Source: Verrucomicrobiota bacterium (lineage in GTDB: Bacteria > Verrucomicrobiota > Verrucomicrobiia > Verrucomicrobiales > DEV007). From it: DNA of 42,035 nucleotides. Every line of letters starts with the position of its first letter. Within the stretch, counting starts at the first letter, position 1. The notes under the pieces are model-generated. The model made no database searches. It was not told the origin of the DNA and was given only the letters and a program-made list of their open reading frames with translations. Location: assembly GCA_045046875.1 (NCBI GenBank), contig JASFYY010000126.1, positions 1-42,035 of the forward strand. The letters run 5' to 3'. Made by a program: the position numbers and the translations under genes. This document shows positions 1 to 8,250 of the stretch, one piece after another.

Positions 1-100
1 TTCTGCTGGTTTCATCCTCCAATTACTTCGGCGACACAGTGAACCTAAATCTTTGTCCTGTCTCTCAAAAGGTAAATATTTAGGTTCCAGCAAAACATTG

Positions 101-372
101 GAAGGGTGTAAGGCAGAATAGTTAAGCTACTGACAGCTATGCGTTTCGCCCTTTGCAGGGCTGGGAGAATTGGATTTTTTTACCCAGTGCTTCGCACCGG
201 GCTGTCTCATTAAGCACCGTTGGTGCAAACGAGATGAAAGCAAACTGTCGTCCTGAAAGGACAAAATGTGATAGCCCAGTGCGAAGCGCTGGGGTTAAAT
301 CGTTTTTATTGCCAGCCCTGAACGGGCGGAATGATGTTGAGGTGTGATGAGGTAGCTTTCAATAAGCAATGG
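101..372. repeat. REP/REPIN-like composite palindromic element, copy 1
   Basis: Aligns directly with 15920-16186 (about 88% by manual count). Left arm 147-226 and right arm 250-328 are inverted copies of a ~80-bp unit with three hairpins: GCCCT-TTGC-AGGGC, CCCAGTGC-TTC-GCACCGGG, GCACC-GTT-GGTGC and GTCCT-GAA-AGGAC, CCCAGTGC-GAA-GCGCTGGG, GCCC-TGAAC-GGGC. Confidence 0.9.
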
Positions 373-460
373 TTAACTTTTTTGTCCTGCACCCACATCG
401 GAAACGCTGCTTTGCTTCGCGTTGACAAGCTGGATACTTGCCTTCAGTCTTGTGGTATAA

Positions 461-1162
461 ATGAGATACCCCTTGCTATGGATCGCGCTCAACTGCCTTG
501 TGGCGGCATTTTTTATTGTTGCCCCTGCTCAAATGGTGGCAGCTGATCCGGCGCAGGACTTGGATTTGGCGCCGGTTAAAAAGTGGCTGACGCGCATGGC
601 GGGCATGAAGTCGATAGAGGCGACCTTTGTGCAGCAAAAATATTTACGCACCCTGCGCCGTCCTTTGAGCACCAAGGGGCATATTTGGATTCAGTATCCC
701 GATGACTTCCGCTGGGAACTGGGAGAGCCTGCTGCTACGGTGGCGATTCGGAATCAGGATGTTTTGACCCTGCTTGAGCCGAAAAAAAAGCGCGCGAAGC
801 GCTATTCTTTGGTTTCAAAAAAGGGCAAAAGCAGTGCAGCGGTTTCGGCGGCGATGGATTCTGCTTCGAAGACTTTCCCCCGTAGCATGGAGGAGTTGGA
901 AAAGCATTTTGAGATACTGGGGCTGCGGCGGGACGGGGAGGTTTATGAATTTACCCTCAAGCCCAAAGATAAAAGTTTGACGGTCGCGATGCGCAAGGTG
1001 TTGTTTTTCATTGATGCGGAGAAATTTCATCTGCGTGCCTTTGAGATTCAGCTGCGCGATAAATCCAGGGTGCGCACCACTTTCACCTGGATAAAATTTA
1101 ATCCAAAGATTCCAGTAAACTTATTGAAGCCAGATCTTTCAGGCTACAAGTTGAAAGAGTAA
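461..1162 (+). CDS. lolA: Outer-membrane lipoprotein carrier protein, LolA family
   Basis: N-terminal signal peptide; LolA-type pattern (ATFVQQK...GHIWIQYPDDFRWE...TTFTWIKFNPKIP); 233 aa. Confidence 0.75.
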   Translation: MRYPLLWIALNCLVAAFFIVAPAQMVAADPAQDLDLAPVKKWLTRMAGMKSIEATFVQQKYLRTLRRPLSTKGHIWIQYPDDFRWELGEPAATVAIRNQDVLTLLEPKKKRAKRYSLVSKKGKSSAAVSAAMDSASKTFPRSMEELEKHFEILGLRRDGEVYEFTLKPKDKSLTVAMRKVLFFIDAEKFHLRAFEIQLRDKSRVRTTFTWIKFNPKIPVNLLKPDLSGYKLKE

Positions 1163-1168
1163 ATAAAG

Positions 1169-1762
1169 ATGAATAGCCAACATAATAAAATCGAGCAGAC
1201 GATCAGCGAGCATTTGCGGGTGGTCGAGGCTTTGAACGAGAGTTGTGGAGATGTTTTGCAAGTTTTGGTTCAGCGAACCGAGGCGGCTTTGCGTGCGGGG
1301 GGAAAAATTTGTTTTTTTGGCAATGGGGGCAGCGCGGCCGATGCGCAGCATCTGGCAACGGAGTTTGTGGTGAGGTACTCACGAGCGCGCGCGGCTTTGG
1401 CCTCGATCGCATTCACTACGGATACCTCAGCGCTGACCGCAGGCGGCAACGACTTCGGGTTTGAGTCGATTTTTGCTCGTCAGGTCGAGGCTTTGTGCGG
1501 ACCGGATGATGTGGTGGTGGGGATCTCGACTTCCGGCAGCAGTGCCAATGTGAACGCAGGTTTGGCGGCAGCGGGGAAAATCGGGGCGTTGACGGTTTTG
1601 TTCACCGGGCAGCCTGGCGGTGAAGCGGCACGAGCAGCGGATCAAGTGGATTTGGTCTTGGCCGCGCCGTCCGCCGTGACGGCCCGAATCCAAGAGTGTC
1701 ATTTGTTGGCGGGGCATATTCTTTGTGATTTAGTGGAAGAGGCTTTTGCCGAGCAGGCTTAA
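1169..1762 (+). CDS. gmhA: D-sedoheptulose-7-phosphate isomerase (SIS domain)
   Basis: Motifs GNGGSAADAQH, NDFGFESIFARQV, ISTSGSSANV, TARIQECH. Confidence 0.93.
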   Translation: MNSQHNKIEQTISEHLRVVEALNESCGDVLQVLVQRTEAALRAGGKICFFGNGGSAADAQHLATEFVVRYSRARAALASIAFTTDTSALTAGGNDFGFESIFARQVEALCGPDDVVVGISTSGSSANVNAGLAAAGKIGALTVLFTGQPGGEAARAADQVDLVLAAPSAVTARIQECHLLAGHILCDLVEEAFAEQA

Positions 1763-1845
1763 AAATGAACCATCACAGAAAAAATCATCGAAAACGCAGG
1801 AATTTGACTGGCGTTTCCACTGGCATTCTGGAAGAGTCCAAACCG

Positions 1846-2784
1846 ATGTCTTCAGAACTAAAAATATTCAGCGGAACCGCTCACCCAACCTTGGTTGATG
1901 AAATTGCGAAATATCTTGGAGTGCCGCGCGGCAACGCGACGGTGAAGACTTTTCCCGATGGTGAGACTTTTGTCAAAATTAACGAGAATATCCGCGGACG
2001 GGATATTTTCTTTGTCCAGCCAACCTGCCCGCCGACCAACCAGAACCTGATGGAGCTGTTGATCATGGTGGACGCGGCGCGACGGGCGAGTGCTGACCGG
2101 ATCACGGCGGTGCTGCCATTTTTCGGCTACGCACGTCAGGATCGTAAAGATCAGCCGAGGGTGCCGATCACTTCGAAGCTGGTGGCGAACTTATTGGTGG
2201 CTGCGGGCGTGGATCGTGTGTTGACGATGGATTTGCATGCGGGTCAGATTCAGGGATTTTTCGATATCCCGGTGGATCACCTCTATGCGGCTCCGGTTTT
2301 GATCAATCACTTGAAGAGCAAAAATTTAAAAGATAACCTGGTGGTGGTATCCCCGGATATCGGCGGGGTGAAAATGGCGCGAGCCTATTCGGAAGCCTTG
2401 GGCGCCAAGCTGGCGATTGTCGCCAAACACCGGGTGAGCGCCACCGAGGTCGAGGCGATGAACGTGATCGGCGACGTGGACGGTTGCAATGTTTTGCTGG
2501 TGGATGACATCACCGAAACGGCGGGAACGCTGACCGCAGCGGCTAAAATTTTGAAAGAAAAGGGTGCAAAATCGATTTTTGCCGGAGTTTCTCACGCCGT
2601 ATTGGGGGAAATGGGCAACAAACGGCTCAATGAATCTTCGATCGAAGAATTGCTTTGTACCAACTCCACGCCTTATGCGGTGGGGAAAAAGGTGACGGCA
2701 TTGAGTGTGGCGAGCTTGATGGGTGAGGGCATTCGTCGGATTCACCACGATGAGTCGGTCACATCTCTTTTTGACATTGGCTAG
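1846..2784 (+). CDS. prs: Ribose-phosphate pyrophosphokinase
   Basis: Motifs FPDGE, YARQDRK, DLHAGQIQGFF, VSPDIGG, VDDITETAGT. Start moved from ORF-track 1765 to ATG 1846 (MSSELKIFSG), which matches the usual N-terminus. Confidence 0.97.
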   Translation: MSSELKIFSGTAHPTLVDEIAKYLGVPRGNATVKTFPDGETFVKINENIRGRDIFFVQPTCPPTNQNLMELLIMVDAARRASADRITAVLPFFGYARQDRKDQPRVPITSKLVANLLVAAGVDRVLTMDLHAGQIQGFFDIPVDHLYAAPVLINHLKSKNLKDNLVVVSPDIGGVKMARAYSEALGAKLAIVAKHRVSATEVEAMNVIGDVDGCNVLLVDDITETAGTLTAAAKILKEKGAKSIFAGVSHAVLGEMGNKRLNESSIEELLCTNSTPYAVGKKVTALSVASLMGEGIRRIHHDESVTSLFDIG

Positions 2785-2807
2785 GGTCGCGCTTATTATT
2801 CGCGCCC
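2771..2807 (+). promoter_or_regulatory. Sigma70-type promoter with GC-rich discriminator for rplY
   Basis: TTGACA (2771-2776), 17-bp spacer, TATTAT (2794-2799), then TCGCGCCC. This layout is typical of stringently controlled ribosomal promoters; the -35 lies in the last codons of prs. Confidence 0.8.
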
Positions 2808-2903
2808 TTCGTATGGACTAGGCTCAAAAAGCTGGAAAATCCTTGGTTGAGCGGAAATCGCGCCAAGGAAAAGTCGAAAAATCCGGCACTGCCGGGATGA
2901 AGG
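2806..2903 (+). ncRNA. Candidate structured 5' leader of rplY
   Basis: CCTTCGT (2806-2812) pairs with ATGAAGG (2897-2903). This encloses TCCTTGG/CCAAGGA (2840-2869), CCGGC-ACT-GCCGG (2883-2895) and GACT/AGTC helices. It begins at the predicted transcription start. Confidence 0.5.
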
Positions 2904-2935
2904 AACAGATATTAATTATTTAACAGAGATCAGTC

Positions 2936-3580
2936 ATGGCTTCCCACGAAACATTACAAGCGACAAAACGCGAACAGGCAGGCACCGGAGTGGCAAAAAA
3001 GCTGCGTCGTGATGGAATCATTCCAGCGATCATTTACGGTGCGGATCAGGATAACTACGCTATCCAGTTGAAATCCAACGATTTTGGGGATCTGCTCAGA
3101 CGCAGCACCAGTGATAACTTTTTGGTCAACTTGGAAATCGAGGGAGCCAAGGAAAAAACCAAACTGGCGATGGTGCAGGAAGTGCAGATCAAGCCTTTGA
3201 CCGGAGCCATCATTCACGTGGACTTTCATGCAGTGAAAGAAGACCAGACGCTCACCGCACAGGTGCCGATTGAGCTGTCAGGCGAGCCTGAAGGGGTGAA
3301 AACCGGTGGTATTCTTGAGCATCAGTTGCGCAGCATCGAAGTTCATTGTCGCCCGGCTGATTTGCCAGAAAAAATTGAAGCGGACATTTCCCATCTCGAA
3401 CTTGACGATGCTTTGCACGTCAGTGATTTGGCTTTCCCTGAAGGAGTCGAGATCCTTATGGACGGCGGTGTGGTGGTGGCCATGGTGGCTGCATCGAGAG
3501 CTGCTGTCTCTGGCGGAGTAGAAGGCGAAGAAGGGGCAGAGGGCGAAGCGGCTGCAGAAGGTGAAGAAGCTGCTTCCTAG
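2936..3580 (+). CDS. rplY: 50S ribosomal protein bL25 (long Ctc form)
   Basis: LRRDGIIPAIIYG, HVDF, GVKTGGIL, LHVSDL; acidic C-terminal tail; prs-rplY-pth context. Confidence 0.97.
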   Translation: MASHETLQATKREQAGTGVAKKLRRDGIIPAIIYGADQDNYAIQLKSNDFGDLLRRSTSDNFLVNLEIEGAKEKTKLAMVQEVQIKPLTGAIIHVDFHAVKEDQTLTAQVPIELSGEPEGVKTGGILEHQLRSIEVHCRPADLPEKIEADISHLELDDALHVSDLAFPEGVEILMDGGVVVAMVAASRAAVSGGVEGEEGAEGEAAAEGEEAAS

Positions 3581-3618
3581 AAAACGGCTTTCCCTTATAG
3601 GGCCAAGCATTTAGAATG

Positions 3619-3653
3619 AGACGCGCAGCCGATTTTGGCGCGCGTCTTTTTTT
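3619..3653 (+). terminator. Intrinsic terminator-like hairpin after rplY
   Basis: AGACGCGC-A-GCC-GATTTT-GGC-GCGCGTCT followed by a T run. Confidence 0.7.
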
Positions 3654-3659
3654 ATCAGT

Positions 3660-4373
3660 ATGAATGTCAGCAAAACAGCAAATGGCGAAAAGATTCGTTT
3701 GGTGATCGGCTTGGGCAATCCTGGTAAAGAGTATCAAAACACCCGTCACAATGTCGGCTTTGATATTGTTGATTATATGGTGGATCGAGGTGGTGGGCGC
3801 TGGTCGATGGAGAAAAAATGGGAGGCCGAGGTGGCCCGGCTGGGGGATGTGTTTCTGATGAAACCCCAGACTTTCATGAATTTGAGCGGGCGGGCGGTTT
3901 CTGCGCTGTGCCGTTTTCATAAAATAGAATCGAGTGAGATTCTGGTGGTTTATGATGATTTGGATCTCGGTCCGGGCCGTTTGCGTTTACGCGCGACAGG
4001 TTCGGCAGCCGGGCACAATGGCATCAAATCGATTATTCAGAGCATCGGCACACAGAATTTTGCCCGCTTGAAATTTGGTATCGGAAGAGGGGAGGATTCC
4101 CCTGCCAATGGGGGAAAAGGAGGGATTGCAGGGGCATTATCCGGCTATGTGCTGGGGAAATTCAGTGGCGAGGAACGAGAAGAATTGGAAAAAAGGGTGG
4201 CGCGAGCGGCAGATGCGGTCAATTGTGCGCTTTCTCGCGGCTTGACGGCTGCTATGAATGCCTATAATGAGCAGGCGGAGAAAAAGAACAACAAAGCCAA
4301 GGTTGCAGCTGTTAAAAAGGTGGAACCGGAGGCAGAGACTTTAGCAAAACAAACAGGAACATCGGAAATATGA
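3660..4373 (+). CDS. pth: Peptidyl-tRNA hydrolase
   Basis: GLGNPG, TRHNVGF, KPQTFMNLSG, DDLDL, GHNGIKS, YVLGKF; has a charged C-terminal extension overlapping the rpsF start (ATGA). Confidence 0.97.
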   Translation: MNVSKTANGEKIRLVIGLGNPGKEYQNTRHNVGFDIVDYMVDRGGGRWSMEKKWEAEVARLGDVFLMKPQTFMNLSGRAVSALCRFHKIESSEILVVYDDLDLGPGRLRLRATGSAAGHNGIKSIIQSIGTQNFARLKFGIGRGEDSPANGGKGGIAGALSGYVLGKFSGEEREELEKRVARAADAVNCALSRGLTAAMNAYNEQAEKKNNKAKVAAVKKVEPEAETLAKQTGTSEI

Positions 4374-4654
4374 AGAGAAATTACGAAGGGATTATTGTCC
4401 TTAACACACAGGGTAAGGAAGACGGAGTCGATGACATGGTCAGCGGCATTAGCAAAAAAATGGAAGAAGAAGGCGCAACGCTGGCGCAGATCGACCGTTT
4501 GGGGAAAAAGGAATTTGCCTACAACGCACGCCATCTGGCTCACGGCTTTTACGTGAACATTCAGTTTGATGCTACGCCTGAAGCTTTGCCAAAAATCCGC
4601 GAATTTCTGAAAAGGGACGAAAACGTTCATTTGCAGTACTTCCAGAAAAGATAG
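4370..4654 (+). CDS. rpsF: 30S ribosomal protein bS6
   Basis: MKRNYEGIIVL...LGKKEFAY...GFYVNIQF; 94 aa; lies upstream of ssb. Confidence 0.93.
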   Translation: MKRNYEGIIVLNTQGKEDGVDDMVSGISKKMEEEGATLAQIDRLGKKEFAYNARHLAHGFYVNIQFDATPEALPKIREFLKRDENVHLQYFQKR

Positions 4655-4730
4655 TTAGTTAAGTTAGTAAAATAATTTTTCTGAAAAGAAAGATCGCAAT
4701 TCGATATAAGAGTCCCTAGCATTTTGCATT

Positions 4731-5306
4731 ATGGCAAATCTGAATAAAGTTATGTTGATTGGGAATCTCACTCGGGATCCCGAAGTTCGATATACGCCCA
4801 AGGGTACGGCAGTGACGGATCTTGGTTTGGCGATCAATCGTAATTACAGTACTGATGATGGTGAAAAAAGGGAAGAAACCACCTTTGTTGACATCACTTT
4901 TTGGGGGCGGCAGGCTGAGACTCTCGGGCAGTATATGAAAAAAGGGCGTCCGCTTTATGTGGAAGGCCGTCTGCAGCTCGATAGTTGGGATGACAAGACC
5001 ACTGGTCAGAAGCGCAGTAAATTGAAAGTGGTGGGAGATAACTTTCAGTTCCTCGGTGGTCGTGATGATAATGGCGGCGGCGGTGGCGGATTTCAAGGAG
5101 GTGGGCAACAGCAATCGGAAGGCGGATCTTATCAAGGAGGTCAGGGCGCAGCACCGGCGGCACAACCATCCGGCGGCAATCAGGATCAGGGTAATTACCA
5201 GGGAGGCAACGCCAATGAAGGCGGCGGCGGATACCAAGCTCCACCCAGTGGCGGTGGTGGCGCAGCACCGGCAGCTGAAATGGAAGAAGATGATATCCCG
5301 TTTTAA
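4731..5306 (+). CDS. ssb: Single-stranded DNA-binding protein
   Basis: NKVMLIGNLTRDPEVRYT, VEGRLQ, Gly/Gln-rich linker, C-terminal DDIPF. Confidence 0.98.
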   Translation: MANLNKVMLIGNLTRDPEVRYTPKGTAVTDLGLAINRNYSTDDGEKREETTFVDITFWGRQAETLGQYMKKGRPLYVEGRLQLDSWDDKTTGQKRSKLKVVGDNFQFLGGRDDNGGGGGGFQGGGQQQSEGGSYQGGQGAAPAAQPSGGNQDQGNYQGGNANEGGGGYQAPPSGGGGAAPAAEMEEDDIPF

Positions 5307-5359
5307 AGTTGATCGATGCAGCGCTTGAACGAGCGCCTGACTTCGTGAAAGAAGATAAC

Positions 5360-5394
5360 AAAGGACGCTTGTAAAAGCGTCCTTTTTTGTTTTT
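5360..5394 (+). terminator. Intrinsic terminator after ssb
   Basis: AAAGGACGCTT-GTAA-AAGCGTCCTTT perfect 11-bp stem with GNRA loop and T-rich tail. Confidence 0.85.
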
Positions 5395-5462
5395 GAGGTT
5401 TATGGTGATGCGCGGTGTTTTCTTCAGACTCAGATTGTGAGGCAAAATAATAGTGGTTGGAA

Positions 5463-5532
5463 ATCAGTTTTCGATAGTGGGTCAGTGGTGGAAATATTTG
5501 CTAAGCACTGATTCACACTGATGGGCACTGAG
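5463..5532. repeat. Degenerate 10-bp-period CACTGA repeat with inverted partner
   Basis: CACTGATTCA-CACTGATGGG-CACTGAG (5506-5532) preceded by decayed complements ATCAGTT/ATAGTG/TCAGTG (5463-5488). Confidence 0.45.
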
Positions 5533-5653
5533 GTGAAGAAAGGGGTGGTGGAGGGAAGGGGGGATTTGAAAGGGTAGTTGGGTATTGATCAAATCCAGTC
5601 GAGTTGATCTTCTCGTATGCGGTAAAAGATGCCCAGCATTCTGCAATTGGCCA

Positions 5654-6607
5654 TTAAAATTGGTCCAGCGAGGCAAAATCTTTTGTTAACAAAGGATCTT
5701 TGCGTAAGCCGTTCAGTAGATTGTGGACGCTCTGTTTTTCGGGCATTTCGAAGCGGCGAAAGGGTTCCGCCATGCGGGTGCTGCAGATGCCGACTATCTC
5801 CAGTGCACACTTGATGCCTTTGATCCCTGCCGAAGCGTGTTGACCGATGGAGTAAAGCTGTTGCAGGTGGATCATGGTTTTTTGCATCTGTTGAACGCTG
5901 TCGAGATCGCCGCTCGCGGCAGCTTGGTAGGCGGCGGAGAAAAACCGGGGAAAAAGATTGGCTCCTCCGGTGACGCCGCCGTCGCCACCGCTGAGAACGG
6001 AGTCCATCATAAGTAATTCAGACCCCATCAATACGCTCCACTTGCCTGCCTGGTGGGCGATGTTTTCAATATGATGAAAGTAGCTCATATCACCAGAACT
6101 GTCTTTCAAGCCGACAATGCCTTGGTTGTCGAGCAACTGTTCAACCACACGGGATCCGATCTGCACTTTGGTCAGCGGCGGCATGTTGTAGAGCATGCAG
6201 GGTAGCGGTAGTTCGGCGATCAGGTCGTTGAGATATTCCAACAGCTCGGGCTGGCCGGGGGGGAGGTAGTAGGGCGGCGCAACCACGACGGCATCCGCTC
6301 CGCATTTGGCGGCGTGATGGGCGAGCTCCACCGACTCAATGAATGAAGTATCGGTGATGCCCACCAAAATAGGAAGCCGTCCTTCGGTGAACTTACAGCT
6401 GTGTTCGATCATTTTTCGGCGCAATGGATGACTCAGGCTGGGAGCTTCTCCGGTGGTGCCGAGAATGAACAAGCCGTGCACTTCCCCATCGCAGAGATGA
6501 TCGATCAGTTTTTTTAATCCGGGCTCGTCGAGCTCGTCTGATCCTGACAAAGGGGTGACCAGGGGAGGGATGATGCCATGGTAAGGGCGCTGCGGTGATG
6601 GCTTCAT
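5654..6607 (-). CDS. DHDPS/N-acetylneuraminate lyase family class I aldolase
   Basis: GIIPPLVTP, LGTTGE, PPYY, LYNMP, and Schiff-base lysine in GLKDSSGD. Catabolic gene context argues against dapA. Confidence 0.9.
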   Translation of the reverse strand: MKPSPQRPYHGIIPPLVTPLSGSDELDEPGLKKLIDHLCDGEVHGLFILGTTGEAPSLSHPLRRKMIEHSCKFTEGRLPILVGITDTSFIESVELAHHAAKCGADAVVVAPPYYLPPGQPELLEYLNDLIAELPLPCMLYNMPPLTKVQIGSRVVEQLLDNQGIVGLKDSSGDMSYFHHIENIAHQAGKWSVLMGSELLMMDSVLSGGDGGVTGGANLFPRFFSAAYQAAASGDLDSVQQMQKTMIHLQQLYSIGQHASAGIKGIKCALEIVGICSTRMAEPFRRFEMPEKQSVHNLLNGLRKDPLLTKDFASLDQF

Positions 6608-8142
6608 GGTCGGGCAGGGGCTTTGTTTTGAGTGAAGCGTGAAACGAGCAAACCCACCAAGAAAATACTCAGGGTGCCGATGACGATGGCCATGTTGGCA
6701 TGAAAGGGGCTTTGCAGATTTTTTGGCAAGGCGGATTCAGGCGAGAGTGCAACCCAGATCAGAATCAATACTCCGGTGATCACCCCGGTGATGGCGGCGG
6801 CGTTGTTGGCTTTGCGGCTGATCAGTCCTAATAGAAACAAACCGAGCATGCCGCCGGCAAAGAGGCCGGAGAGCTTCCACCAGATGTCGAGCACGCTGGC
6901 GGCACCGATCATGAACAAGGCTACTGCTGTGCCGATGATGCCCCATAATACGGTGGCCATTCGCAACACCTTCATGCGTGTTTTTTCATCGGCATCGGGA
7001 TTGATGTAAGGCTGGTAAAAATCACATAGGATGACGGTGGCGGAACTGTTGAGGCTGGTATCGACACTGCTCATGGCGGCGGCAAAAATGGCGGCGATGA
7101 TCAAACCTCCAACACCAGCGGGTAGGGCGTGAGTCATGAAGTGGGGTAAGATTTTGTCGCCGATATCGGCAGCTCCCAGCTCACTGGCCGCCCGTCCACT
7201 TTGTGCGGCGACCTGGGCAGTGACTTCGGCGAGCATGTCCGGATGGGCGTGATAATAGGAAAACAGCAGTGAGCCGATGAGGAAAAAAACCAGCGATACC
7301 GGAACGTATAACAAAGCGCCGAACATCACGGAACGTTTGGCGGCGGATTCGCTGGGCGTGGTGTGGTAACGCTGGATGTAACTTTGGTCGATGCCAAAAT
7401 TGTTGAGATTGATGAACAGGCCGTAGAGCATCACTACCCAGAAGGTCGAAGTGGTGAGATCGGGGGAAAAACTGCCGAGACTGAATTTGCCATTTTGGGC
7501 GGCAAATTGAATAGAGCCACTGGCGCCGTCGGGGTGGTCAAAGAGCAGCACGGCGAGCACCACCAGCGCGCCGATCATTAATACGATGCTTTGGGTGACG
7601 TCAGTCCAGATCACGGCTTCGATGCCGCCGAGCAGGGTGTAGAGAGTGACAAGGACTCCGGTGAGGAGGATGATACTCGATAGATCCCAGCCGGTCAGCG
7701 CCCGCAGGCCGATGGCGACTCCGAACATGATAGCTCCCATGCGGGCGATCTGGGTGAGCAGGTAACAGGTCGCGGCGTAGGTTCGTGCCCAGGGGCCGAA
7801 GCGGATTTCCATATTTTGATAAGCGGACATGGTGCCGCTACGGCGGTAGAAGGGGACAAAATATTTCACCGCGATCCATGCGGCGATGGGCAGGCTGAGA
7901 CTGAACACAAAAGCATTCCAGTTGCCGCCGTAGGCTTTGCCGGGGACGCCGAGGAAGGTATTGCTGCTGAGGTAGGTGCCGAAGATGGAGAGGCCGACCG
8001 CCCAACCGGGTATGGAACCGCCAGCGATCATGAATTCCGAGGAAGTTCCGCTCTTGCGCACAAACCAACAGCCGAAAGCAACGACGGCGATGATGTACAG
8101 GCACAGAACGACCAAGTCGAGGATGGGGAGGGTGGTGTTCAT
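6604..8142 (-). CDS. Sodium:solute symporter (SSS family, SiaT-like)
   Basis: About 13 hydrophobic segments; YTLLGGIEAVIWTD, DQSYIQRY, AAIFAAAMSS motifs; ATGA overlap with the aldolase. Confidence 0.93.
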   Translation of the reverse strand: MNTTLPILDLVVLCLYIIAVVAFGCWFVRKSGTSSEFMIAGGSIPGWAVGLSIFGTYLSSNTFLGVPGKAYGGNWNAFVFSLSLPIAAWIAVKYFVPFYRRSGTMSAYQNMEIRFGPWARTYAATCYLLTQIARMGAIMFGVAIGLRALTGWDLSSIILLTGVLVTLYTLLGGIEAVIWTDVTQSIVLMIGALVVLAVLLFDHPDGASGSIQFAAQNGKFSLGSFSPDLTTSTFWVVMLYGLFINLNNFGIDQSYIQRYHTTPSESAAKRSVMFGALLYVPVSLVFFLIGSLLFSYYHAHPDMLAEVTAQVAAQSGRAASELGAADIGDKILPHFMTHALPAGVGGLIIAAIFAAAMSSVDTSLNSSATVILCDFYQPYINPDADEKTRMKVLRMATVLWGIIGTAVALFMIGAASVLDIWWKLSGLFAGGMLGLFLLGLISRKANNAAAITGVITGVLILIWVALSPESALPKNLQSPFHANMAIVIGTLSIFLVGLLVSRFTQNKAPARP

Positions 8143-8250
8143 TAGACTGTAGGGGTTCTTAAAATGTCCGCGTATCGGAAAGGTGTTTTTTCAGGGCCGT
8201 CGTTAAAATCAGAGCCCTATAGCCTACTGCCTAAATTGCTACGGCCTGTT

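Noticed and set aside
121..127. GTTAAGC (GTTRRRY) at the left of both repeat copies, suggesting integron attC sites after orphan genes
   Set aside because: No matching upstream RYYYAAC inverse core at a plausible distance, no integrase in the window, and the orphan genes overlap each other rather than being separated by attC sites.
147..328. CRISPR array or tRNA interpretation of the hairpin repeats
   Set aside because: The arms are inverted rather than regularly spaced direct repeats with unique spacers; there are no cas genes, and no cloverleaf or T-loop consensus.
422..460. TTGACA and TGGTATAA upstream of lolA as a promoter
   Set aside because: The two elements are not at a compatible spacing, and the TATAA abuts the start codon too closely even for a leaderless transcript.
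153..546. Short ORFs 153-347 and 331-546 (and 15863-16078)
   Set aside because: They run through the palindromic repeat, are not preserved in frame between copies, and have no protein-like features.
1765..1845. N-terminal extension of prs in the ORF track
   Set aside because: Homology-type sequence begins at MSSELKIF (1846); the extension looks like translated intergenic DNA.
5070..5280. GGC-rich low-complexity repeats
   Set aside because: They encode the normal Gly/Gln-rich disordered linker of SSB.
5654..6607. Calling the aldolase dapA or nanA
   Set aside because: Family motifs are shared across the superfamily; the context is catabolic, but substrate-determining residues cannot be assigned by eye.
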